Below, piece by piece: positions 6,424-15,951 of a stretch of DNA of 27,945 nt; the stretch's first letter is position 1, and each line of letters starts with the position of its first letter. A model generated the notes under the pieces. The model ran no database searches, had not been told where the DNA came from, and saw only the letters and a program-made list of their open reading frames with translations. The stretch covers positions 1 through 27,945 of the IMG/VR virus record IMGVR_UViG_3300023076_000007. One strand, written 5' to 3'. This DNA comes from a virus (Duplodnaviria; Caudoviricetes). The position numbers were made by a program, and so were the translations under genes.

Positions 6424-6454
6424 AACCCGCCCTGCATCGCTCGGCGGGTTTTTT
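6424..6454 (+). terminator. tR' terminator
   Basis: AACCCGCC...GGCGGGTT followed by TTTT, a short distance downstream of PR'. Confidence 0.8.
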
Positions 6455-6486
6455 GTTGCCTGTAGCATAGACGGGATTATCTATTC

Positions 6487-6873
6487 ATGATGCGCGCCGC
6501 TTCACCATGTCGGGCTAGCGGTTGTCGCGCCTTGGTAAGTGATGGCTCTGGTCGATGCCCAAAGCACCAGGTAAAGCAGGTGACCGCACCACGTGAGTCA
6601 TCGACCAAGCGCGGTTATGGATACGCTTGGCAGAAGGCACGTGCCGGTTACTTGATGTCGCACCCGCTGTGTGCTGGATGCGAAAAGAAAGACCCGCCGA
6701 GGCTGACGGCTGCGACCGAGGTTGACCACATCATTCCGCATGGTGGCGATCAATCGTTGTTCTGGAATCATGATAATTGGCAGGGATTGTGCAAGTCCTG
6801 CCATAGCGAGAAGACCGCACGCGAAGACGGCGGTTACGGAAATTCAAAATTTCAAAAACCTTACCTAGGGTAG
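6487..6873 (+). CDS. Packaging-associated HNH endonuclease (HK97 gp74-like)
   Basis: RGYGYAWQKAR, HPLCAGC, VDHIIPHGGD...NWQGLCKSCHSEKT; directly upstream of the terminase genes. Confidence 0.93.
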   Translation: MMRAASPCRASGCRALVSDGSGRCPKHQVKQVTAPRESSTKRGYGYAWQKARAGYLMSHPLCAGCEKKDPPRLTAATEVDHIIPHGGDQSLFWNHDNWQGLCKSCHSEKTAREDGGYGNSKFQKPYLG

Positions 6874-6970
6874 GGGGTGGCTCAAAGTCTGGGGCTTTTT
6901 CGCTCTAGACCGTATGCTTAGTGTTACATCGTGCGAGTGTGAAATTTGAAGTGGGGGGGGGTCAAAATCC
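6868..6970. other. Probable cos region
   Basis: Non-coding gap between HNH and TerS with G-runs at both ends (GGGTAGGGGG...CTAGACCG...G9). This is the usual cos position in HNH/P27-TerS phages; the cut site cannot be determined. Confidence 0.55.
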
Positions 6971-7000
6971 GCAAGGTTGGCTTTCTTTAGGACAGATTCT

Positions 7001-7516
7001 ATGAACCAGAATACTGAATTGGTCGCAGTCGATAGCAGCGCCGTACAAAGTCCAAGCACCTCTTCCAGCCAATTCGTGTCTGCGATACCTGCGCCGCCTG
7101 AAAAGCTTTCTGCCAAGGATAAGAAGTTCTGGGATTACATAACAGCAGCGTTGCTCGAATACGGCCTGATCCACAAGACTGACGGCTTTGTGTTACTGAT
7201 CATTGTTAAAACTTTCCAGCGCTGGGTGCAAACGGAGACCCTGCTGGAAGCGCACATGAAAGAAAACAACGGAAATTACTTCGTCAAAACCCCGAATGGC
7301 TATGACCAGCCGCACCAGTTGTATTTTGCTGCCCGTAACCTTAAAGGCGAATTGCTCAAGTGGCTGCCAGAAGCCGCGCTGACTATTCCAAGTTTCCATA
7401 AAATCGTCGGAGATCAGGCTGCGCCACTGCAGGGCGGACTGTTCGATGACCCCGTTGAGGCGCACCAGAAGCGCGGAAGGCTGCTTAAATTCCCTGGCGC
7501 TAACCCAGCAAAATGA
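7001..7516 (+). CDS. terS: Terminase small subunit (P27 family)
   Basis: PAPPEKLS...KFWD...VKTPNGYDQPHQ...LTIPS pattern; ATG at 7001 with AGGA SD; ATGA overlap with TerL. Confidence 0.85.
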   Translation: MNQNTELVAVDSSAVQSPSTSSSQFVSAIPAPPEKLSAKDKKFWDYITAALLEYGLIHKTDGFVLLIIVKTFQRWVQTETLLEAHMKENNGNYFVKTPNGYDQPHQLYFAARNLKGELLKWLPEAALTIPSFHKIVGDQAAPLQGGLFDDPVEAHQKRGRLLKFPGANPAK

Positions 7517-9204
7517 CCGCCGTGCAAGTTGAGGTCGGGTCTTTCGACTTCGACGCCTATGGCCGCGACGTTATTGCTGGCGCAATACCCGTTTGTAAGT
7601 GGACGCGACTCGGTGTCGAGCGGCATTACCGCGACTTGGAAAACGGACATGAACGGGGATTGTGGTTTTCTCCAGGGCATGCCCAGCACGCCCTGGAGGC
7701 TTTCCTGTTCCTTCGCCACTCCAAAGGTGAATGGGCAGGTAAAACTTTTGAGCTAGCGCCGTGGCAAATGTTCTGGCTGGCGCAGCAATTCGGCTGGATG
7801 CGCGACGACGGCACCAGGCGATTCCGTGAAGTGTGGGAAGAAGTCCCGCGTAAAAACGGGAAAAGCACCAAAGTTGCCGGCATTGGCCTGTACCTGTTTA
7901 TCTTTGACGGCGAGGGCGGCGCAGAAGTTTATACCGCTGCCACCAAACTTGATCAGGCCAAGATTACGCACTCGGAAGCATTGCGGATGGTGGAGTCATC
8001 GCCGCATTTGTCACGGCATATTGCAGTCCGCAATAATGAGTTGTACAACCGCAAGCCAGGCCGCGCCGATAAGTTCGTGCCGCTGGGACGCGACTCCAAG
8101 AGCGTAGACGGGTTGAACCCGCACGGCGCATTGCTGGATGAGGTGCATGCACACCCCAGCCGCGAGATGTATGACGTCATCGAATCGGGCCTGGGTGCCA
8201 GGCTGCAGCCGATGATCTATCAGATCACGACAGCCGGGTTTGATTTAAGCAGCTTTGGGTACGATCAACACCTCTATGCCGAGCAGGTGCTGGAGGGTGT
8301 GATTGAAGACGATGAGTTTCTCGCCATCATCTATACGGTCGATGACCCGGAAAAATGGACAGATCCACTAGAGTGGCAGAAAGCCAATCCGAACCTTGGA
8401 ATTTCAGTATACGAAAACAACCTGCGCGCCGCGTGCGAAGGTGCAATCCGGCAGGAAAGCCGGCAGCCAAACTTCAAAACCAAGCGGCTCAACATCTGGT
8501 TAACCGGGGGCGAGAAGTGGATACCGGTCACAGTGTGGCGGGAATGCGGTAACCGTGATTTAAAGCTTGAAGACTTCGATGGCGAGGAGTGCTTCATCGG
8601 TATTGACCTTGCGGAAAAGAATGACATTGCTGCGCTCTGCTTGATTTTCCAGCGCGGCGGTAAAGTATATGTGTTCTTCAGGTATTACTTTCATGAAGAC
8701 GGGACAAAAAGTGACGGTTCCAAAAAGAAAAAAGGCGCATTGAATCTGGCCAAGTGGGGCCGCACCGGGGATATTAAATTAAATCCAGGCAATGCCACAG
8801 ACTTTGATGTTATCAAGGCGGACTTGCTGGATTTCAATAGCCGATTCCTGGTTAAAGAAATTCCTTACGATCCAAAATTTTCTGCGTACTTCGCTAACAA
8901 ATGTATCGACGCTGGCCTGCCAATGGTGGAGATCAGCCAAACCAGCGCGCACTTTACCTTGCCGATCATTGAAATCGACAACTTGGTGCTGGAGAAAAAT
9001 CTTGAGCATGACGGCAACCCGGTTACCGAATGGATGATGAGCAACGTGGTTATGCGCATCAGCAAGTTCTCTAACCTGAAGCATCCGACAAAAGAAAAGC
9101 CAGAAAATAAAATCGATGGCCCGGTAGCCATGTTGCTTTCGGCAGGCCGTGCGCTACTGTTCCGTGAAGAAGATGAAGGCGGAGTTGGCATTGTCAGCTT
9201 TTAG
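7513..9204 (+). CDS. terL: Terminase large subunit
   Basis: LAPWQ, VPRKNGKST (Walker A), LLDEVH (Walker B), ITTAG, KANPNLG, nuclease motifs GIDLA and KIDGPVA. Confidence 0.97.
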   Translation: MTAVQVEVGSFDFDAYGRDVIAGAIPVCKWTRLGVERHYRDLENGHERGLWFSPGHAQHALEAFLFLRHSKGEWAGKTFELAPWQMFWLAQQFGWMRDDGTRRFREVWEEVPRKNGKSTKVAGIGLYLFIFDGEGGAEVYTAATKLDQAKITHSEALRMVESSPHLSRHIAVRNNELYNRKPGRADKFVPLGRDSKSVDGLNPHGALLDEVHAHPSREMYDVIESGLGARLQPMIYQITTAGFDLSSFGYDQHLYAEQVLEGVIEDDEFLAIIYTVDDPEKWTDPLEWQKANPNLGISVYENNLRAACEGAIRQESRQPNFKTKRLNIWLTGGEKWIPVTVWRECGNRDLKLEDFDGEECFIGIDLAEKNDIAALCLIFQRGGKVYVFFRYYFHEDGTKSDGSKKKKGALNLAKWGRTGDIKLNPGNATDFDVIKADLLDFNSRFLVKEIPYDPKFSAYFANKCIDAGLPMVEISQTSAHFTLPIIEIDNLVLEKNLEHDGNPVTEWMMSNVVMRISKFSNLKHPTKEKPENKIDGPVAMLLSAGRALLFREEDEGGVGIVSF

Positions 9205-9224
9205 CCGCTAGGAGTTACCAACGC

Positions 9225-10469
9225 ATGCAATTCAAAATTCCAAAATTGTCATTCAGTTGGGGTAGAAAAAACGCAGTCACCACTGCGGACTTGTACAAAG
9301 AATTGTTATCTCGAGCCAGTACTAAAAGTGGCGTAGCGATAACGACTAAAACTGCGTTGCAGGCTTCTGTCGCCATTTGTTGCGCCAGGGTGATTGCTGA
9401 AGGTTTAGCCCAGGTTCCATTTAAGTTATATAAAACCCGGGCCGCAGGCGGTATGGACGTTGCAGGAGATCATGCGATTTCTGAACTGATCTCGCTTAAG
9501 CCCAATGATTTTCAGACATCCTTTGAGTTTCGGGAACAGATGGGTTTGCACCTGGCTTTCAAAGGCAGATTCTACGCTTACAAAGTGCGAGGCCTCCGTG
9601 GTGAAATTTTGGAGTTGTTGCCTTATGAACCTGATATGGTGCGCCTGGTGCGAGACGGCTGGGAAGTTAGCTATGAGGTGTTAACCACCAAGGGCGTCAT
9701 TCTAAAAGTACCCGCTGAAGATATGTGGCACGTAAAAGGCATCTCCTGGGACGGCTTCAACGGCCTTGAAGGCATCAAACTGGCCCGCGAAGCCATCGGC
9801 CTTGCCTTGGCTACTGAAGAACACGGCAGCCGCATGTTTAGTAATGGAGCAAAGGTAGGCGGTGTTCTCTCTACAGAAAAGACGCTGGACGCCGAACAAC
9901 TCAAACTTTTAAAAAGCAGCTGGGTTGAAACGCAGGAAGGAACGGAAAACGCTTATAAGACCGCTGTTATGTTCGGTGGTCTTACCTGGTCGCCTATGGC
10001 GATGACGGGAGTGGACTCCCAACACTTGGAGCAACGGCGATTCCAGGTGGAAGAAGTTTGCAGATTTTTCCGTGTATTGCCAATCATGGTCATGCAGTCC
10101 GACAAGGCTGCCACATATGCCAGTTCGGAACAGATGTTTTTAGCCCATGTAGTGCATACCCTTATGCCTTGGTATTCCAGGATAGAACAATCTGCAACTG
10201 TGAATTTACTTACCGCTGCAGAACGAAAACTAGGCTATTACACAAAATTTACAGTTCAAGCGCTACTGCGAGGTGCCTCTGCGGCGCGCGCAGAGTTTTA
10301 CGCCAAGGCACTAGGGGCCGGGGGTACGCAACCGTATATGACGGTTGATGAAGTCCGTGAATTTGAAGAAATGAATCCTATGGGTGGTGAGTACTCCAAA
10401 ATCGGCAAGGCCAATTACGGCACCGCACCTACTGAAAAACCAAAAGGGGAAGAAGATGAAATTGTCTAA
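9225..10469 (+). CDS. Portal protein, HK97 family
   Basis: LKPNDFQTSFEF, MWHVKG, FSNGAKVGGVL, VEEVCRFFRV, TVDEVREFEEMNP; follows TerL. Confidence 0.96.
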   Translation: MQFKIPKLSFSWGRKNAVTTADLYKELLSRASTKSGVAITTKTALQASVAICCARVIAEGLAQVPFKLYKTRAAGGMDVAGDHAISELISLKPNDFQTSFEFREQMGLHLAFKGRFYAYKVRGLRGEILELLPYEPDMVRLVRDGWEVSYEVLTTKGVILKVPAEDMWHVKGISWDGFNGLEGIKLAREAIGLALATEEHGSRMFSNGAKVGGVLSTEKTLDAEQLKLLKSSWVETQEGTENAYKTAVMFGGLTWSPMAMTGVDSQHLEQRRFQVEEVCRFFRVLPIMVMQSDKAATYASSEQMFLAHVVHTLMPWYSRIEQSATVNLLTAAERKLGYYTKFTVQALLRGASAARAEFYAKALGAGGTQPYMTVDEVREFEEMNPMGGEYSKIGKANYGTAPTEKPKGEEDEIV

Positions 10470-11208
10470 GCTCAACGCAATGCCGGCCATGGCTCACCTG
10501 ATCGAGCAAAAGGACAGCACCGAGCACTTCCAGCACATGGATATCGAGGCAGTTGAATTCAAGCTGTTGGACACCACTGAATCCACCGCAATGACCTTCT
10601 CTGGTTATGGTGCAGTGTTTGGCAATGTCGATTCTTATGGCGATGTGATCCAGAAGGGTGCATTCAAAGACACGCTACGCGATGCCAAGAAAGCCAATAA
10701 CTGGCCGGCCATGCTGATGCAGCACGGCGGCTGGGGCATGGGTGCCGATGACATGACGCCAGTTGGCATTTGGACTTCTATGGAAGAGGACGATATCGGC
10801 CTCAAGCTGGAAGGTGCCCTGGCTGATACCGTGCGTGGCCGTGAAGCTTATGCCCTGATGAAGATGTCGCCTCGGCCAGCCATAACTGGCATGTCTATTG
10901 GCTACATTCCCAAAGAATTCACACTCGGCACCAAGCCAGATGAGCCGCGCCGCCTATTGAAAAAAGTCGAGCTGATGGAAATTTCCCTGGTGACGTTCCC
11001 AGCGAATCCAAAAGCCCGCGTGCAATCCGTCAAAAGCGGCGGTTTGCAAATACGAGATGCAGAACGAGCCTTACGGGATGTGGGCTTTTCGCAGCAGGAA
11101 GCCAAGGCCATCGTGGCCGGTGGTTTCAAGTCCATTGCTCATCGGGAAGATGATCTGGGCGCCTTAGAAGCATTGATCAAAAGCAACACAGCAATGCTGA
11201 CGGCTTGA
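10456..11208 (+). CDS. Prohead maturation protease, HK97 family
   Basis: FSGYGAVFGNVDSYGDVIQKGAF, MLMQH, GMSIGY, LMEISLVTFPANPKARV; ATG at 10456 with a purine-rich SD. Confidence 0.95.
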   Translation: MKLSKLNAMPAMAHLIEQKDSTEHFQHMDIEAVEFKLLDTTESTAMTFSGYGAVFGNVDSYGDVIQKGAFKDTLRDAKKANNWPAMLMQHGGWGMGADDMTPVGIWTSMEEDDIGLKLEGALADTVRGREAYALMKMSPRPAITGMSIGYIPKEFTLGTKPDEPRRLLKKVELMEISLVTFPANPKARVQSVKSGGLQIRDAERALRDVGFSQQEAKAIVAGGFKSIAHREDDLGALEALIKSNTAMLTA

Positions 11209-11248
11209 GTCAAGCGTCAGAACCCACATTTATTAACAGGAGCACGAA

Positions 11249-12616
11249 ATGAACAAATATCGTAGTTTTCGCAGCAACTTCACCATCGGCCTGGTAGCTT
11301 TACTCAGTGTCATGGCGATCTTTACCTTGTGTGGCCACCCACTGGTTGACCCTCATGTTATCGCGGGTCTTGGTATGGCAGGAGGTTTTATCGGTGAGAC
11401 CGATTTTGGCTCACTTCAAGAGTTGCTGAAAAAGCAGGGCGAAACATTCATGGAGTTCAAGACTGCGAATGATGCACGCTTGAAAGCACTGGAAGAAAAA
11501 TCTCCAGTTGATCCGGCAGTGACTGCCGAAGTTACCCGGTTGAATGACGAGCTTACCCAGCTGCAGGCAGATATCACTACCTTAACCAAAAAAACAGCGC
11601 GTCCTATTGCTGCTGCAGTGGGTGAATTGACACCTGAACAGGCTGAATACAAAACTGCTTTCCAACGTTTTGTTCGCAAAGGCGATAAAGACGGCCTGGA
11701 AGAGTTGGAAAAGAAGGTATTCCAAGCTGGTTCTGATGTGGATGGCGGTTATTTCATTCATGCTGAAATGGATAGCAACATCGATCGCGTTGCTTCTGTG
11801 GTCTCCACAGTGCGTGAACTGGCTGATGTGCGTACCATTGGCAAGTCTAGCATTGAAATGCGCGTCAAGATTTCCGGCACAGCCGGTCGTTGGGTGGGTG
11901 AAGGTGAAGAGGGTGGTGAAACTACAAATCCTAAATACGCCAAGATCGAGATCACTGCAGAAGAGCTGGAAATCGAACCTTGGGTATACAACACCGCCAT
12001 GGAAGATGCCGACTTTGATGTTGAAGCGGATCTGACTGACGAAGCCGGTATCGGCTTCGGTGAAGCTGAAGGCGTGGCCTTCGTTTCAGGCAATGGCGTC
12101 AAGAAGCCAAAGGGCTTCTTGACATATCCAGTGGTTGCAAACTCTGCTTACGCATGGGGCAGCATTGGCTACATCGCTTCCGGCGCCGCTGGCGCATTTG
12201 GAGCCTCAAACCCTGGCGATGCCATCATCAATTTGCTGCACTCGCTTAAAGCGGCGTACCGCAATGGTGCTGTGCTTTTGATGAATGAAACAACGCTGGG
12301 CATGATGCGCCAGATCAAGGATGGCAGCGGTAGCTTCTATCTGTTCAATCCTGATCCAACCGGCAAGTTCGGTGGCTACGTGTTAGGCGCCCCTGTTGTG
12401 ATCGACGACAACATGCCTGACATCGCTGCAAACAGCTATTCCATTGCATACGGTAACTTCAAGCGTGCATACCGCATCGTGGACCGCAAGGGCATCACGC
12501 TGATCCGTGACAACATTACCAACAAGGGCACCACTAAATTCAACATGCGCAAGCGTGTTGGCGGCGGTGTAAAGAATTTCGAAGCCATCAAGCTGATGAA
12601 GTTCTCAGTCAACTAA
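11249..12616 (+). CDS. Major capsid protein, HK97 fold
   Basis: Coiled-coil delta domain, DGGYFI, WVGEGE, FVSGNGVKKPKGFL, LGAPVVIDDNMP, YGNFKRAY, KRVGGGV; SD AGGAG. Confidence 0.96.
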   Translation: MNKYRSFRSNFTIGLVALLSVMAIFTLCGHPLVDPHVIAGLGMAGGFIGETDFGSLQELLKKQGETFMEFKTANDARLKALEEKSPVDPAVTAEVTRLNDELTQLQADITTLTKKTARPIAAAVGELTPEQAEYKTAFQRFVRKGDKDGLEELEKKVFQAGSDVDGGYFIHAEMDSNIDRVASVVSTVRELADVRTIGKSSIEMRVKISGTAGRWVGEGEEGGETTNPKYAKIEITAEELEIEPWVYNTAMEDADFDVEADLTDEAGIGFGEAEGVAFVSGNGVKKPKGFLTYPVVANSAYAWGSIGYIASGAAGAFGASNPGDAIINLLHSLKAAYRNGAVLLMNETTLGMMRQIKDGSGSFYLFNPDPTGKFGGYVLGAPVVIDDNMPDIAANSYSIAYGNFKRAYRIVDRKGITLIRDNITNKGTTKFNMRKRVGGGVKNFEAIKLMKFSVN

Positions 12617-12645
12617 CCCACAATCCGCAGGACTTTCGCTTATAT

Positions 12646-12673
12646 AACAGGCCGCCTCGTCGGCCTGTTTTCT
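12646..12673 (+). terminator. Terminator-like hairpin after the capsid gene
   Basis: AACAGGCCG-cctcgt-CGGCCTGTT followed by TTCT. Confidence 0.65.
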
Positions 12674-12690
12674 ATTAGGAGCATTGAATC

Positions 12691-13107
12691 ATGAAAGATT
12701 TACACACTCGTATCTCACCTGTGCGTGTAATTAGTCCGGTAAGTGTGGCTGATAACACCGCGCAGGTTGGCCAGATCGTTGATATGGCCGGCTTTAAAGC
12801 ACTTGAATTCCTTATTCTGCTTGGCTCCCTGGCCGATGCAGATGCGACTTTCGTTGTCCTGGTTGAAGATGGCGATGTATCTAACCTCTCCGATGCCGTG
12901 GCAGTTGATGACAAATACCTGCTTGGCACTGAGTTGCAAGCTGGCTTCACATTCGCAGCCGACGATACCATCAAGAAAATCGGCTACAAAGGCCACAAGC
13001 GCTACGTCCGCCTGACGATCACGCCTGCGAATAACGCATCAGCTGCTTTCCTGGCTGTGGTAGGGGTACGAGGCGGTGCGTACAACGCGCCGACGCCTAC
13101 CCTGTAG
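12691..13107 (+). CDS. Probable capsid decoration/cement protein
   Basis: 138 aa, beta-rich (GQIVDMAGF...IGYKGHKRYVRLTIT), SD AGGAG, directly after the MCP. Confidence 0.6.
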   Translation: MKDLHTRISPVRVISPVSVADNTAQVGQIVDMAGFKALEFLILLGSLADADATFVVLVEDGDVSNLSDAVAVDDKYLLGTELQAGFTFAADDTIKKIGYKGHKRYVRLTITPANNASAAFLAVVGVRGGAYNAPTPTL

Positions 13108-13169
13108 GCTTTCACCTAATCCATTGAGAAAGGCAAACGCCGGCGCCAATAACGCCGTCGTTTTAAAGC

Positions 13170-13478
13170 ATGCATAAAATTCTTGTAAGTTTTAAAGGCT
13201 CACCTGATGGCTTTACTGTGATCGAGTACACAGAAGGCGAAGAGGTAGAGTTGAGTGATGAACTAGCAGAAGTTGCTGAAGACGAAGGCTGGGCTGAGCC
13301 GGTGAAAGAAAAGCCAGTGAAACCTGAATTGTCTGCAGGAGGTGTTGCCCGCAAGAAAGTAATTCAGGGCGAATTGTCTGCATTAGGCAAAAAATTGAAG
13401 TCAGCTGCGGATGCTGATAAACCAGCGATTCAAGCGGAAATGGATAAACTCAAAACTGAGCTTTCAGAGCTTAAATAA
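13170..13478 (+). CDS. Small head-region protein with C-terminal helical hairpin
   Basis: 102 aa: acidic N-terminal domain (GSPDG...YTEGEEVEL...EGWA), linker, amphipathic helices. Confidence 0.7.
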   Translation: MHKILVSFKGSPDGFTVIEYTEGEEVELSDELAEVAEDEGWAEPVKEKPVKPELSAGGVARKKVIQGELSALGKKLKSAADADKPAIQAEMDKLKTELSELK

Positions 13479-13501
13479 ATTCAAGCACCCAAATTAAAAA
13501 T

Positions 13502-13525
13502 GCTCGGTTTCTCCGGGCCTTTTTT
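13502..13525 (+). terminator. Rho-independent terminator
   Basis: GCTCGG-tttct-CCGGGC then T6. Confidence 0.55.
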
Positions 13526-13557
13526 GTTTGTGACCTGAATCAATCAAAGGGTAGAAC

Positions 13558-15051
13558 ATGAGCACCTATAAAACCGCACGGCCTGGTCCATCAAGCGAAT
13601 TCTGGATTATTGACAACGTCACTAGGCAGATCATCGGTATCGAAGCAGCTGATGGTACCCGTAACTTCTTCTCACCGATGCAGGTCACTGCTGCCGAACT
13701 GGCGACTCTACAGTCCGCTGGCGTTCCTGTAGATAAAACGCTGCAGTATCAGCTTGATGGTGGCGCAATTTATGGCTGGAATGGCACAGCTATTGTTGCA
13801 CAGGGTAGTGGGAGTGGAACAACAGGAAAATCAAACGGCATCGCAAGTCTCAAATATAGCGTAGCTAATGCATTCTTTACGTCGGGGAATACTATCGCTG
13901 GCGTAATTCCGGTTTCAGGCCCATACGGTGGCGTTCGTTTTGTCTTCGAGAATTTTGATATTGCGAACCCTCTTACTTTGATCGCAAAATGTGCGCCTAC
14001 ACCTGTTCTGAACCAAAATGGCAACGGGTTGACTATGACCCGCATAACTTTTGATAAGATGATTGACGGGGCCACTGGCGCTGTGACTTCTTTAAATGGG
14101 GCAAACACGGTTACGCTCCCTGCGGCTGGGTCTTATACAAGCCCGAATGCTGTTACTGGAACGGCTAAAGTTAGCCCTTCCCTTGTCGTGTCTGATATTA
14201 TTCCCATTCAATCGGTAGCTCGTTCTGATGACCCGGCAACATTCGGCAGTGACATACTGATTTACCTAAGAACTTACAGCGTTCAAACTCTTTACGTCCA
14301 GAGTATCACACCTTCAAATCTTCCTCTCAATGGCACTGGCTTATTCGCAGCCAGCGGCCAAGCCGGTACTGACCAGGTTACAGGTGTGGCGAATATCGGT
14401 GTGAGTGTTGATCAGTCAACCGCTAAGTCTCTGCCATGCTCCAGTGTGGATATTTTCACCGCAGGCAAGACTTGCATGATTGCAGCGATTGGCGACTCCT
14501 ATGATGCAGGGGGCGGAGACGGTGGAGGTGGCGACACTAATCAAAACGCCTCATGGGTTAATCGCATGATCAGCAACTTTAGAACGGCATCCTCACCTCT
14601 TAGAGTCGCCATGTGGGCTGTAGGAGGTGAAGAGCGAGAAGTCACATCCTATAAGCTACAACTTCAGCAAGCGTTGAATAAACCCGATATTCTTATTAGC
14701 AATAGCGCTTCGGTGAATAGTTTTCTTACAACACAAGCGCAGCAAGACTTGCAGTTCCAGGCTGTATTAAGGGACAACGCTTGGTGTAGAGCAAATGGCA
14801 TAAAACACGTTGTTATGTTGATTTGGGGAAGTAGCGCTGGAATTATGGCGCTGAACGCTAGAATCAAAGCATTTGCAACGGGGAATAATATTACGATCCT
14901 CGACGCAAATAGCGCGTTATCTCTTAGTGGAACTGGTGGCGCTGTTAATCCAATATACATGCAAAGCGGTTTGAACCACGCCAACGTGGTGGGAGCGTCA
15001 AGACTTGCCGATATATTCGCACCTATCATCTTGGCGTTGGCTTCTGCCTAA
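13558..15051 (+). CDS. Virion-associated protein with C-terminal SGNH/GDSL hydrolase domain
   Basis: Block I IAAIGDSY (GDS at 14491-14499), block II WAVGG, block III PDILISNSASVN, block V GLNHANVVG. The N-terminal 300 aa are Gly/Ser/Thr-rich beta sequence. Confidence 0.75.
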   Translation: MSTYKTARPGPSSEFWIIDNVTRQIIGIEAADGTRNFFSPMQVTAAELATLQSAGVPVDKTLQYQLDGGAIYGWNGTAIVAQGSGSGTTGKSNGIASLKYSVANAFFTSGNTIAGVIPVSGPYGGVRFVFENFDIANPLTLIAKCAPTPVLNQNGNGLTMTRITFDKMIDGATGAVTSLNGANTVTLPAAGSYTSPNAVTGTAKVSPSLVVSDIIPIQSVARSDDPATFGSDILIYLRTYSVQTLYVQSITPSNLPLNGTGLFAASGQAGTDQVTGVANIGVSVDQSTAKSLPCSSVDIFTAGKTCMIAAIGDSYDAGGGDGGGGDTNQNASWVNRMISNFRTASSPLRVAMWAVGGEEREVTSYKLQLQQALNKPDILISNSASVNSFLTTQAQQDLQFQAVLRDNAWCRANGIKHVVMLIWGSSAGIMALNARIKAFATGNNITILDANSALSLSGTGGAVNPIYMQSGLNHANVVGASRLADIFAPIILALASA

Positions 15052-15117
15052 CAACTTAGTATGAAGTGCCTTTAGGAGACATTGCGCATTACATCAGCTT
15101 GTCAGTAATATAGGCGA

Positions 15118-15936
15118 ATGAAACTAATATTCATCGATGAAGCTGGAACGAGCGGTAGCCCGCACGAGGTGGTCACTATCGTAGCTGGGGTGATGGTAGA
15201 TGAAGGTGAGCAACATTCTTTTTTGAAAGTGATTATTGCACGTGCATTTGATCAATTCGTGCCCGAAAGGTATCGAGAGAATTTCATTTTTCATGCATAC
15301 GATGTTTTTGGCACAAAATATCGTGAAGGTTGGACAGTTGAGGCTAGGAAAAATCTGCTTTTAACAATGATGTTCTTGCCGCGAATGTTTGGCTTGCCGC
15401 TATGCATGGGTATGAGACGACGTACCGCGCCAGGGGTTTTTCCGGAGGAATTAGAAAATTTACTTAAATCAATAAAAGTTTCACTGGCTCAGTATGATCA
15501 TTTACTTCCGTTTATGGATTGTATTGTCAAAGCGGATGCGCGACTGATTCACGAAGGACCGAATATTTTCGGTCGAGTGATTGCAGAGGACGTGCCCGAC
15601 GTAAAAAAAATTCTTTTGAAAGCGGGACTATTTCTCAAAAATAGTACATTAGTCTTTGAAGCACAACATCAAGAACCTACACAAAAGCAAGTAAGTGAAA
15701 GCATTCAACCCGAACCTTTTGAATTTAAGATATCCAGAATTGATACTGCAATCAATTTTGAAAACAAGTCGGGTGACCCTGTTCTTCAAGTAGCAGATGC
15801 ATGTGCTTTTGGTCTGCGTAGATTCTTCAGTAATCAACCAATGGGCGAAGAATTTGCACAACATATGCTTGGTGAGGTACCAAATTTAAAAGATTACGAA
15901 TGCCCAGTCTCTAGTTCGTGTTGGTCACCATCTTGA
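15118..15936 (+). CDS. DUF3800-family protein (RNase H-like fold), moron
   Basis: N-terminal LIFIDEAG, central FHA, C-terminal KS...LQVADACAF signature; AT-rich; flanked by its own promoter candidate and terminator. Confidence 0.88.
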   Translation: MKLIFIDEAGTSGSPHEVVTIVAGVMVDEGEQHSFLKVIIARAFDQFVPERYRENFIFHAYDVFGTKYREGWTVEARKNLLLTMMFLPRMFGLPLCMGMRRRTAPGVFPEELENLLKSIKVSLAQYDHLLPFMDCIVKADARLIHEGPNIFGRVIAEDVPDVKKILLKAGLFLKNSTLVFEAQHQEPTQKQVSESIQPEPFEFKISRIDTAINFENKSGDPVLQVADACAFGLRRFFSNQPMGEEFAQHMLGEVPNLKDYECPVSSSCWSPS

Positions 15937-15951
15937 TTTAATTGAATTTAC

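Noticed and set aside
6487-6873. HNH gene as a homing endonuclease or defence nuclease
   Set aside because: Size, motifs and position before cos/terS match the packaging-associated gp74 class.
6953-6961. G9 tract as a phase-variation site
   Set aside because: Non-coding if TerS starts at 7001; better explained as part of the cos region.
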